The position numbers were made by a program, and so were the translations under genes. The notes beneath the pieces are model-generated. The model did not search any database and was not told the origin of the DNA. It saw only the letters and a list, made by a program, of their open reading frames with translations. A stretch of DNA of 64,000 nt, from assembly GCA_963823335.1 (NCBI GenBank), contig CAWGLD010000001.1, positions 320,001-384,000 on the forward strand. Direction: 5' to 3'. This document shows, piece after piece, positions 10,219 to 18,419 of this stretch. Every line of letters begins with the position of its first letter. The first letter of the stretch is position 1. The stretch is from an uncultured delta proteobacterium (GTDB lineage: Bacteria > Desulfobacterota > Desulfobacteria > Desulfobacterales > B30-G6).

Positions 10219-10308
10219 AAATAACGCGCGAAGCGCTAATGTCGTCCGTAGGACAAATGACGCACGCAGTGCTAATGACATCCGAAGGATAGATGACGCC
10301 TGAAAGGC
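10219..10308 (+). repeat. GNA mini-hairpin tandem array, copy 1 (5 units, 18-bp period)
   Basis: GCGC-GAA-GCGC, GTCC-GTA-GGAC, GCAC-GCA-GTGC, ATCC-GAA-GGAT and GCCT-GAA-AGGC, separated by 7-nt WAATGWC-like linkers. Confidence 0.9.
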
Positions 10309-10312
10309 AACT

Positions 10313-10573
10313 ATGTACTTCCCCTATTACATCGCCTATATGACGGCCGGTTTTGTCATTACCCTTGTGGTGTTTTTCTGGGCCTTGAACCAGGGTCAAT
10401 TCAAGGACCAGACGCGTGCACGCTTCATACCCCTTGAAGCCGATGGCAATACCAAACCGGTAAAGGCTTCACGATTTGCCCGGCTGGAAACCATCGCGCT
10501 GTTCACACTAGTGGGTATCGGGCTGGCGGCATCGGCTGCCGTTGTCACTTTTGCGCTGCTAAAGGCATTATAA
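10313..10573 (+). CDS. ccoS: cbb3 oxidase maturation protein CcoS-like
   Basis: TM helix followed by FFWALNQGQFKD (CcoS W-A-x-x-x-GQF-x-D motif); located in the cco cluster. Confidence 0.8.
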   Translation: MYFPYYIAYMTAGFVITLVVFFWALNQGQFKDQTRARFIPLEADGNTKPVKASRFARLETIALFTLVGIGLAASAAVVTFALLKAL

Positions 10574-10663
10574 CAACAACTGTGATGCACGCAAACGAAC
10601 GATGACTCTGGGCATGCTAAAAGGTGCGGCCGGAATCGAATGTAGTTGCGTGGGAATAAATAC

Positions 10664-10822
10664 TAAATTCGAATTTCGAAATACGAAACAAATTCTAATA
10701 TCAAATGCTCCAATGACCCAAACAGAGTCCATGGGCTTGATTTTTTTGATATCCTGTTTGGAAAATTAGAATTTAGGTAATTGGATATTGTTTAGAATTT
10801 TGAAATTTGTGCTTCGGGTTTA
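10664..10822. repeat. AT-rich long imperfect palindrome built of ~7-nt units
   Basis: The arm AAATTCGAATTTCGAAATACGAAACAAATTCTAATATCAAAT...CCAAAC mirrors GTTTGG...ATATTGTTTAGAATTTTGAAATTT...TTCGGGTTT. Confidence 0.6.
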
Positions 10823-10908
10823 ATTTGTTTTGATATGCCAATATAGCCGACTGGTAAAAACCTGGCCAGAATTACCAGGCGGTATTTATTGATAAAGAGG
10901 ACTTAAAA

Positions 10909-11184
10909 ATGCGATATTTCGAACTGCTGGGTGTTCAGCATTATATCATGTATCTGTTCCCTGCCGTTGTGTTCGCGCTGCTGTTTGCCATTGGTCTCGG
11001 GTTTTACCATTTTCGAACAAAAGACGCTGAGGATCGTGAAACCCGTATCGTCGAAACTTTTCCCGATGGCATCCAGGGCCGCAACGCCCCGTTTCCGGCC
11101 ATCGCCTACTTGACCATTGCAGGTACCCTCGCCTGGGTGTTGGCATATATACTCACGATCGGTTTTCTGGAGATAAGCATCTGA
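10909..11184 (+). CDS. Small two-TM membrane protein in the cco/act cluster (possible oxidase accessory subunit)
   Basis: GAGG RBS, two hydrophobic helices, stop overlaps next start. Confidence 0.7.
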   Translation: MRYFELLGVQHYIMYLFPAVVFALLFAIGLGFYHFRTKDAEDRETRIVETFPDGIQGRNAPFPAIAYLTIAGTLAWVLAYILTIGFLEISI

Positions 11185-11468
11185 TGGAACAGACAGGACA
11201 TCACCTATCGACAATAAAAACCTGGTCCGTCGTTATTCTGATGGTGGGATGGGTATTCTTTAAAGGCTGGCTGGCATATCATGTGATAGGCGACCTTGGC
11301 CAGCCGGACTGGGACTACCGGCCCATAAAGGACGTTCCAGCTGAATCGGCATTTGCCGTCAACGAACCATACCATCCTCTGCCGTCTGCTCAGCATGTGC
11401 TGGGTCGACAGGGGCAAGAGGAAAACCCATCACACTTATCCGTGGTGCCGCTTCAAGGTGTTCAATAG
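11184..11468 (+). CDS. Small single-TM hypothetical protein in the cco/act cluster
   Basis: Translationally coupled on both sides; one TM helix. Confidence 0.65.
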   Translation: MEQTGHHLSTIKTWSVVILMVGWVFFKGWLAYHVIGDLGQPDWDYRPIKDVPAESAFAVNEPYHPLPSAQHVLGRQGQEENPSHLSVVPLQGVQ

Positions 11469-11987
11469 ATGAAAAAACTGATTGGACTCTTCATCTTGGC
11501 TGGTATCATCAGCCTGGCAGCCTACCAGGCCCTGATGTACTACGACAACAACTTCCGTTACGGTCGTATGCGGGAAACCCCGGGGGTCAAACCCCACGAG
11601 ACCCCTTTACTGGTCTCGGAACCGGATATCGTTCCCATCCATGGCGGAGACGCAGTCTACCGGTTAACACCGGCAGCTGATCTGCTGGCACCCCTCGACA
11701 TGCAGGCATCCGCCACCATTACCAGGGGCGAAAACCTCTATCGTGTATACTGTGCCCAGTGCCATGGCAACAACTTCGATGGCAAAGGTACCGTTGGACA
11801 AAGTTTTCAACCCTTGCCTGCCAACCTTCGTGGCCCCGAGGTTCAGGCAAAAACAGAAGGTGAATTATTCAAATCCATCAGTTTCGGTATTCCGGGCGGT
11901 CGTCAGCCCGCCCTCGACACAACCATCGCACCGGATGACCGCTGGTATATCATCGCCTTTGTTCAATCCCTGGATCATGACAAATAA
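11469..11987 (+). CDS. actE: Monoheme cytochrome c, ActE-like
   Basis: N-terminal anchor, MRETPGVKPHE...P..G pattern, RGENLYRVYCAQCHG, DRWYIIAFVQSL. Confidence 0.72.
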   Translation: MKKLIGLFILAGIISLAAYQALMYYDNNFRYGRMRETPGVKPHETPLLVSEPDIVPIHGGDAVYRLTPAADLLAPLDMQASATITRGENLYRVYCAQCHGNNFDGKGTVGQSFQPLPANLRGPEVQAKTEGELFKSISFGIPGGRQPALDTTIAPDDRWYIIAFVQSLDHDK

Positions 11988-14484
11988 AACCTGTGATCTA
12001 TGTGGCTTGTCCCTCCGGCATGGCGCTGTCAGTGCCATCATTTCCGAAAAATCCATGCAGTTCTGCTGCTTTGGCTGCAAGCAGGTCTATGAAATCTTGT
12101 TGGCCGCTTCAGGCGACCTGGCTCCGGATGAATTCAGGGAAACGGACATTTTCAAACGTTGCCTGGCAGCCGGTATCATTCCGGAATCCATGGACGACCT
12201 TGAAAAGAAGAAGCTGTCAACCACACCGGGAAAAGTACCCGGCCGGATCCGGGAACCCAAAATGGCCGACAACGAACCCGCATCTGAATCGGATGACGGG
12301 CTTTGGCTCGATCTGAATGTCCGCGGTATGTGGTGCCCGGCCTGCGCCTGGGTGGTTGAAGAAACATTGATCAAAGAACCGGGTGTAAAACAGGCCAAAT
12401 GCCAATTTACCACAGACCGCATCAAACTCAAATACAACCCGGTTCTCACCTCGCCGCAACACCTCATGGAGGCCATGAAAAAGATTGGATATCATGGCAG
12501 CCCTGTCGAAGACGGACAAAAAAAACCTGAGTCCAGAAAAGAATTTATCCGGCTGGGTATTTCGGCCTTTCTGACCATGAATGTGATGATGCTTTCTTTT
12601 GCCCTCTATACCGGTTTTTTCACCCAGCTTTCTGCAGACACCATCCATCATTTCACCTGGCCCATTGTTGTCATGGCTTCGGCGGTCTTTATTTATGGTG
12701 GCGCCCCAATTCACCGCAAGGCCGTGTCCGGCCTGTCGACGGCATCGCCCGGCATGGAAACTCTCATCAGCATGGGCGCCGGCAGTGCTTTTTTTTACAG
12801 CCTGTTCAACTGGTTCACAGGAAGTATCCATCTCTATTTCGATACCACGTGCATGTTGATCAGTCTGGTTCTGGTGGGCAAGGCCATCGAGCAGCGAACC
12901 AAAGACAGGATCAATGCCCAGATCAGCAGGTTTTTTGAACTTCAGCCTTCCAAGATAAGGATTTGCACGGAAAAATTTCCCCAGGGAAAATACATGCAAG
13001 CCCGGCTGCTGTCTCCCGGAGACATTTTTCGGGTCGAAGCAGGGGAAATCGTCCCGGCAGACGGTAGAATCCTGAAGGGAGACGCGCGCATCGATGAAAG
13101 CACCCTGACCGGTGAAGCAAGACCGATTCATAAACAAAAAGGAGACATGCTAAACAGTGGAACGACGATCATCTCAGGCGCCCTCCAGGTATCGGCTCAC
13201 GCTGTAGGTGAGAATTCCCTGGTTGGGCAGTTGATATCCGTCATGGAAGCTTCCCTGGATCAGAAAGCGCCGATGGAAGATATCACCGATAAGGCTCTGA
13301 AATATTTCGTTCCCGCCATCATATTGCTGGCCATGGGAACGGCCATGGTTTGCCTGTTCCTTGGCTTCAGCGCTCAACATGCCATCATTCGTGCCGTCAC
13401 CGTCATGGTAATCTCCTGCCCCTGTGCCCTGGGCTTTGCCATTCCACTGGCAAGGGTGGCCGGAATCTCCCTGGCAGGCAAAAACGGAATTCTCGTTCAC
13501 CACTTCTCGGCCTTTGAAAAGATCAGAAAAATCGACACGTTTGTTTTCGACAAAACCGGCACCCTCACCAGGGGTGAATGGGATTTGATAGAAATAGAGA
13601 CGCTGGGTCACTGGTCTGTGGACAACGTCCTCTCCCTTGCCGCCGGCCTGGAGTCCCATTCAGACCATTATGCCGCAGAGGCCATTGTTCATGCTGCTCG
13701 GGAAAACAAGCGTGTGCCTGCAACAGCCACACGCATTACAGAAACAGACAACGGCATTTCCGGTTATGTGGAAAACAGTCTTGTCAAAATCGGGTCCGCT
13801 GCATTTTTTCCCGCTGAAACCGTCACCCCCCGGCAATACCATGGCGACGAAAAAGCAGATACGGCAGCTGTCATTTCCACCGTACACATGCGTGTCGATG
13901 AGAAGCCCTGCGCCCTGTTTCATTTTGGCGATACGCTACGTTCATCGAGCAAAACCGTTATTCAAGACTTGAAGGATCGCGGTATGCAGCTTGCCCTGAT
14001 ATCGGGCGACGGCCAGGGAACCACCCGAATGATCGCTAATCTTGTCGGTATTTCAGAATACCGCGGCAATATGCTGCCTGAAAACAAGTCTGAATTTGTC
14101 AGGACCTTACGGGAACGGGGACATTTGGTAGCCATGGTCGGCGACGGTGTCAATGATGTTCCGGCGCTCGCTTCCGCCGATCTGGGAATCGCTGTTCATT
14201 CCGGGCATCGAATCGGCATGGAAGCATCCGGTATTACCTTGATGGGAAATGACCCCGCCCAGATACTCACCTTTACCGCACTCGCCTCACATGTCTCCCG
14301 CACGATTAAACAGAATCTCGTTTTTACCTTTCTGTACAACATCATCAGTATCCCCATCGCCATGAGCGGTCTTCTGAATCCACTGGTTGCGGTTTCCGCC
14401 ATGCTCATGAGCAGCTTAAGCGTCACAGGAAACACCCTGTACCTCACCCGGCGGGTATCCAGACAAAAAGATGAAATCGCATAG
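11977..14484 (+). CDS. ccoI: P1B-type heavy-metal (Cu) ATPase, CcoI/FixI-like
   Basis: Likely start 11977 (MTNKTCDLC...FCCFGC). HMA GMWCPAC, TGE, CPC, DKTGT, GDGVND and YN motifs. Confidence 0.9.
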   Translation: MTNKTCDLCGLSLRHGAVSAIISEKSMQFCCFGCKQVYEILLAASGDLAPDEFRETDIFKRCLAAGIIPESMDDLEKKKLSTTPGKVPGRIREPKMADNEPASESDDGLWLDLNVRGMWCPACAWVVEETLIKEPGVKQAKCQFTTDRIKLKYNPVLTSPQHLMEAMKKIGYHGSPVEDGQKKPESRKEFIRLGISAFLTMNVMMLSFALYTGFFTQLSADTIHHFTWPIVVMASAVFIYGGAPIHRKAVSGLSTASPGMETLISMGAGSAFFYSLFNWFTGSIHLYFDTTCMLISLVLVGKAIEQRTKDRINAQISRFFELQPSKIRICTEKFPQGKYMQARLLSPGDIFRVEAGEIVPADGRILKGDARIDESTLTGEARPIHKQKGDMLNSGTTIISGALQVSAHAVGENSLVGQLISVMEASLDQKAPMEDITDKALKYFVPAIILLAMGTAMVCLFLGFSAQHAIIRAVTVMVISCPCALGFAIPLARVAGISLAGKNGILVHHFSAFEKIRKIDTFVFDKTGTLTRGEWDLIEIETLGHWSVDNVLSLAAGLESHSDHYAAEAIVHAARENKRVPATATRITETDNGISGYVENSLVKIGSAAFFPAETVTPRQYHGDEKADTAAVISTVHMRVDEKPCALFHFGDTLRSSSKTVIQDLKDRGMQLALISGDGQGTTRMIANLVGISEYRGNMLPENKSEFVRTLRERGHLVAMVGDGVNDVPALASADLGIAVHSGHRIGMEASGITLMGNDPAQILTFTALASHVSRTIKQNLVFTFLYNIISIPIAMSGLLNPLVAVSAMLMSSLSVTGNTLYLTRRVSRQKDEIA

Positions 14485-14601
14485 CGATTTAATTTGGGTT
14501 GACAAATTACGGAATTAATTTAATTTTTAGTCCCCCGTTTGCAACAAGGTGATAAAGTTTCTCCTGGCAGGGGTGAAAGTATACACTAGCTCGAACATTA
14601 A

Positions 14602-15309
14602 ATGAACGAACCCAACGAAAATATCGACTTAAAAGAAATTTTGCATTTTGATGGTCATGCTGTGGATTGGTGGGATCTCAAGGGTCCCCTGAAGGCCCTG
14701 CATGAGATCAACCCCTTGCGCCTGCAGTATATCCAAAAGCATGCCGGTATTGCGGGAAAAACTTTTCTGGACGTCGGGTGCGGTGGTGGGATTCTGTCGG
14801 AAGCACTGGCCTCGGCCGGTGGATATGTGACCGGAATAGATATGACGGAATCTGCCTTGAGTGCCGCGCGAGAGCATTTAATAAAAACAAATCAGCGGCT
14901 TCAATACCGCCGTACAACTGTCGAAGAACATTCAAGGGAAAGCCAAAACCGTTACGACAGCATTACATGCATGGAGTTACTGGAACACGTTCCCCGGCCG
15001 GCATCGGTGTTAAGTGCCTGCGCTCGGCTTCTTAAACCTGGCGGTGATATGTTTATCGCCACCATCAACCGAACATGGACGGCGTATATATTGGTAATCC
15101 TGGCGGCTGAGTATCTATTGAGAATTGTTCGCAAAGGCACCCATACATATGGAAACTTCATTCAGCCCCAGGAAATCAGCCATTGGGCAGCAGATATTGG
15201 CATGAAAACAATGGATCTTGGCGGCTATTTATACAACCCTTTTACAGGAAACACGCGTCTGTCATCCTTCACCGGAATGAATTACCTGATGCATTTGAGA
15301 AAAGTATGA
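14602..15309 (+). CDS. ubiG: UbiG-type O-methyltransferase
   Basis: WWDLKGPLKALHEINPLRL, LDVGCGGGILSE, CMELLEHVP and AEYLLRIVRKGTH are UbiG signatures. Confidence 0.9.
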   Translation: MNEPNENIDLKEILHFDGHAVDWWDLKGPLKALHEINPLRLQYIQKHAGIAGKTFLDVGCGGGILSEALASAGGYVTGIDMTESALSAAREHLIKTNQRLQYRRTTVEEHSRESQNRYDSITCMELLEHVPRPASVLSACARLLKPGGDMFIATINRTWTAYILVILAAEYLLRIVRKGTHTYGNFIQPQEISHWAADIGMKTMDLGGYLYNPFTGNTRLSSFTGMNYLMHLRKV

Positions 15310-16166
15310 ATAAACCGACAAAAAACAGACTCAACGACTGGAAACCACCTGCCTGGCTTGACAAAAACGAACGCCAGAAAATGCTCGATGCCTATGTGGA
15401 TTCATCGGACACCGCCTACTTTGGGTTCAAGCGGCATCGGGCCGCTGAAAAAGCAAAATCCGTTTTATCTCATTTCAATCGTGTGGCTCCCAAGTATGAT
15501 TTCATGAACTCCGTTCTCAGCTTCGGAATTCATCACGCCTGGAAGAGGACGGCCATCCGTATGCTCCATCTGAAACCGGGTGATCAACTTCTGGACGTCT
15601 GTGGTGGTACCGGGGATCTGGCGGTCCTTTCCGCTGCACGCATCGGGAGTGACGGCCATGTCTTTATTTATGACATCAATCGCGCCATGATGGCAACCGG
15701 AAGAGACCGGCCTGAAAACCAGGAGAAGCGCTCGTGTATTCACTATATCGAAGGTGATGCGGAACAGATAGCCTGTCATGAAAATCGGTTTGATGCCGCC
15801 ATTGTCGGGTTTGGCATCCGGAATCTGACCCATCTTGAAAAAGGTTTTCAGGAAATGTACCGGGTTTTGAAACCGGGTGGGAAGGTCATGTGCCTGGAAT
15901 TTTCAAAACCCACCAACCCCCTGTTCCGCTGGTTATATGACTTCTATTCCTTCAATATCATGCCCTTTGCCGGTTCTGTCCTGGCCGGTTCGCGACAGTC
16001 TTATGCCTGCCTGTCCCAAACCATTCGCATGTTTGCATCTCCGGATGAATTGAAAAATATTCTCGAAAGCATCGGATTTGAAGCGGTTTCGTACAAGCGC
16101 CTGACCAACGGTATCGCCGTAATCCATATGGGCCGCAAACCTCCAAGCAATCGCTCGATGCTGTAA
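15306..16166 (+). CDS. ubiE: UbiE/MenG-type C-methyltransferase
   Basis: FNRVAPKYDFMNSVLSFGIH, LDVCGGTGD, FGIRN, EMYRVLKPGG and LEFSKP motifs. ATG 15306 overlaps the ubiG stop. Confidence 0.92.
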   Translation: MNKPTKNRLNDWKPPAWLDKNERQKMLDAYVDSSDTAYFGFKRHRAAEKAKSVLSHFNRVAPKYDFMNSVLSFGIHHAWKRTAIRMLHLKPGDQLLDVCGGTGDLAVLSAARIGSDGHVFIYDINRAMMATGRDRPENQEKRSCIHYIEGDAEQIACHENRFDAAIVGFGIRNLTHLEKGFQEMYRVLKPGGKVMCLEFSKPTNPLFRWLYDFYSFNIMPFAGSVLAGSRQSYACLSQTIRMFASPDELKNILESIGFEAVSYKRLTNGIAVIHMGRKPPSNRSML

Positions 16167-16199
16167 GTCGCTTGTCCATATCCAAAAAGGATTAAATGA

Positions 16200-17357
16200 A
16201 TGTTTGACTACAACCGGAAAATCGATTTGGATGGCGGAAAAATTGTCCAGATTGACAATGCGCTGGATGCAACATCACCTATATTCTTTGGATATGATAT
16301 CGAAGAGCGGTTCATTGACGTCCTTGATCGGTCGACACAGGATATGCCCGTTGACAGGCTTTTTTTGCTGACGGACCGCACTATCTTCGATTTTTTCGGT
16401 GAGAGGTATTTGAGCAGGCTCAGTGAAAGGTTTCCAGACACGGAACTGTACCTGCTCCCCGAGGGAGAAAAAAGCAAAACATTTGAGGTTCTTCAGCAGC
16501 TGTGCAATCAGCTCGTAGAGAAAGGGGTGAGTAAACAGTCGCTGCTGATCGCCTTCGGCGGAGGCTCCATCGGAAATATCACCGGTCTTGCCGCCGGTCT
16601 GATATTTAGAGGCATTCGATTCATTGAAGTTCCCACCACGCTTTCCCACCAGACCGATGGAATGCTCAGCAACAAGCAGGCTGTGAACGGAAGGTTCGGC
16701 AAAAATCACTTCGGGCTTTACCACACCCCTGTTTTTTCATGGACGGACACACGTTATCCCGAAACAGAGCCGTTGAGGTTCAAAAAATCCGGTATCGTCG
16801 AAGGAATCAAAAACGGCTTGATCGATCAGAAGGAATTTATCCGCTACCTGGAAAAAACCATTAAACAGCATGGCGATTATTCTCCACAAGAACTCACCGA
16901 TCTTTGCTACAAACTGATCATTTCAAAACTTGAAATTCTCAAAAAAGATCCAACGGAAAAGCATTACGGAATTATTCTTGAATACGGGCACACCTTTGCC
17001 CACGCCATCGAATGGCTTTCCAAGGGTAGCCTGGCTCACGGGGAAGCCGTTTCCATCGGCATGAAAATCGCAGCGGAGCTTTCCGCTGAATTGGGATATA
17101 TTGACAGTGACGCACTGGCCCTTCATTACCGTTTAATCGATGAGTTACTGGCACTCAAGCCCAGGCTTCCAGAAAAGATTGATCCACAGTCCATTCTCAA
17201 AACCATGGTTGTCGACAATAAAAAAACGGGCAGAAATGTGAGATATGTTCTTCTAGAAAAAATCGGACAATGCAAAAAAGGCAATGGAGATTATCTCATC
17301 AGCGTGGATAGAGAGATCGTTCAATCTGTGATTGAGGCGTTTATCAGTAAGTATTAA
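16200..17357 (+). CDS. Sugar-phosphate cyclase of the DHQ-synthase superfamily, 2-deoxy-scyllo-inosose synthase (BtrC)-like
   Basis: GGGSIGNITG (Asn where AroB has Asp), PTT...D..LSNKQAVN (AroB has SSVGGKTxVN), ILEYGHT (AroB has LN[FL]GHT), HGEAV. These match the BtrC/DOIS pattern as I recall it. Confidence 0.75.
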   Translation: MFDYNRKIDLDGGKIVQIDNALDATSPIFFGYDIEERFIDVLDRSTQDMPVDRLFLLTDRTIFDFFGERYLSRLSERFPDTELYLLPEGEKSKTFEVLQQLCNQLVEKGVSKQSLLIAFGGGSIGNITGLAAGLIFRGIRFIEVPTTLSHQTDGMLSNKQAVNGRFGKNHFGLYHTPVFSWTDTRYPETEPLRFKKSGIVEGIKNGLIDQKEFIRYLEKTIKQHGDYSPQELTDLCYKLIISKLEILKKDPTEKHYGIILEYGHTFAHAIEWLSKGSLAHGEAVSIGMKIAAELSAELGYIDSDALALHYRLIDELLALKPRLPEKIDPQSILKTMVVDNKKTGRNVRYVLLEKIGQCKKGNGDYLISVDREIVQSVIEAFISKY

Positions 17358-17368
17358 AGGCAGCCAAA

Positions 17369-18322
17369 ATGGAGAAAAATGATTTGAAAGCATCGTCCGG
17401 GGCCTCCCCTTCACGCCGGAGTCGATGGCTCCGCACGTTAAATGTAACCGATGCGCCGGCCCATACGGACGCCCCCCATTGCGGATCCATCGGGCATGTT
17501 CTGCCGTTTCCAGAAAGTTGTCGTTTGGCGGACAAATTTGGATATGATGCCGTCAATGCCGATCGTTTCTTTTTAAAAGAACACGGCCCCATTCAGGCAG
17601 CCACCCTGCTGAAGCGACACAATATAAAGCCTGGCGCCTTTGCTTTTTCGGCGGCATTCAATGCCTGCTATTCCGACTCGGATTTCGAGCAAAGCCTTAC
17701 AGAATTCGAGCAGGATGTATCCTTGTGCAGAGAGGCGGGTTTCACGTACTGCGTGGGGTATGTGCAGCCCTCATCCCACACACTGGACTATTACGATCAC
17801 TTCGCACTTTTGTCTGGGCGTTTGAAACGCATAAAACCCCTGCTGGAAACATATGATGTGCGTCTAGGCCTGGAATTTATCGGTCCCACCACCATGCGCA
17901 TACGTCGAAAATTCGATTTCATACACACCATGGACGGCATCAGGAGTCTCATCGCCGCCGCCAACGCGCAGAACTGCGTGGGTTTCAAACTGGATACCCT
18001 GCATTGGTATACCAGTGGTGCAGGATTATTGGACATTGAAAAGCTTTCTGCCGAGGAAGTTGTTTATGTGGAGCTCAATGACGGTCTGAAGGGGGATTAC
18101 GACCGGTTCACATTACCCGAGTTTCAACGGGAATTGCCGGGAGCTGTCGGCACCATCGATATAGCCGGAATGCTCAGAAAACTCGATGCTATAGGCTTTG
18201 ATGGGCCGGTGGTTGTGGAACCATGGAATGCGCTGCTTCGTGAAATGAGCCCTGAGGAAGCCGTTGAGAAAGTAAAGCTTGCCTTGGATCTCAGTTTAAA
18301 TAAGGCCGGGATTGACGTCTGA
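17369..18322 (+). CDS. Xylose-isomerase-like TIM barrel (AP_endonuc_2 / IolE-IolI-AsbF superfamily)
   Basis: Metal-ligand pattern LGLE, LDTLH, ELND, ELPG..G.ID, VVVE. Confidence 0.8.
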   Translation: MEKNDLKASSGASPSRRSRWLRTLNVTDAPAHTDAPHCGSIGHVLPFPESCRLADKFGYDAVNADRFFLKEHGPIQAATLLKRHNIKPGAFAFSAAFNACYSDSDFEQSLTEFEQDVSLCREAGFTYCVGYVQPSSHTLDYYDHFALLSGRLKRIKPLLETYDVRLGLEFIGPTTMRIRRKFDFIHTMDGIRSLIAAANAQNCVGFKLDTLHWYTSGAGLLDIEKLSAEEVVYVELNDGLKGDYDRFTLPEFQRELPGAVGTIDIAGMLRKLDAIGFDGPVVVEPWNALLREMSPEEAVEKVKLALDLSLNKAGIDV

Positions 18323-18419
18323 CGGCCTAACATACCAAGACGTTTAAACGGATTGCCGGCTCTTTTACACTCCTTAAGGCTTGTCCAGACTATCTCAATT
18401 ATCTTACCTGTTGTCGTAA

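Noticed and set aside
16200-17357. Plain 3-dehydroquinate synthase (aroB)
   Set aside because: Diagnostic AroB motifs are replaced by DOIS-type ones and no other aro genes are adjacent. AroB activity is not fully excluded without phylogeny or assay.
16200-18322. Aminoglycoside biosynthetic cluster
   Set aside because: No aminotransferase, glycosyltransferase or resistance gene is nearby; the neighbours are quinone and respiratory genes.
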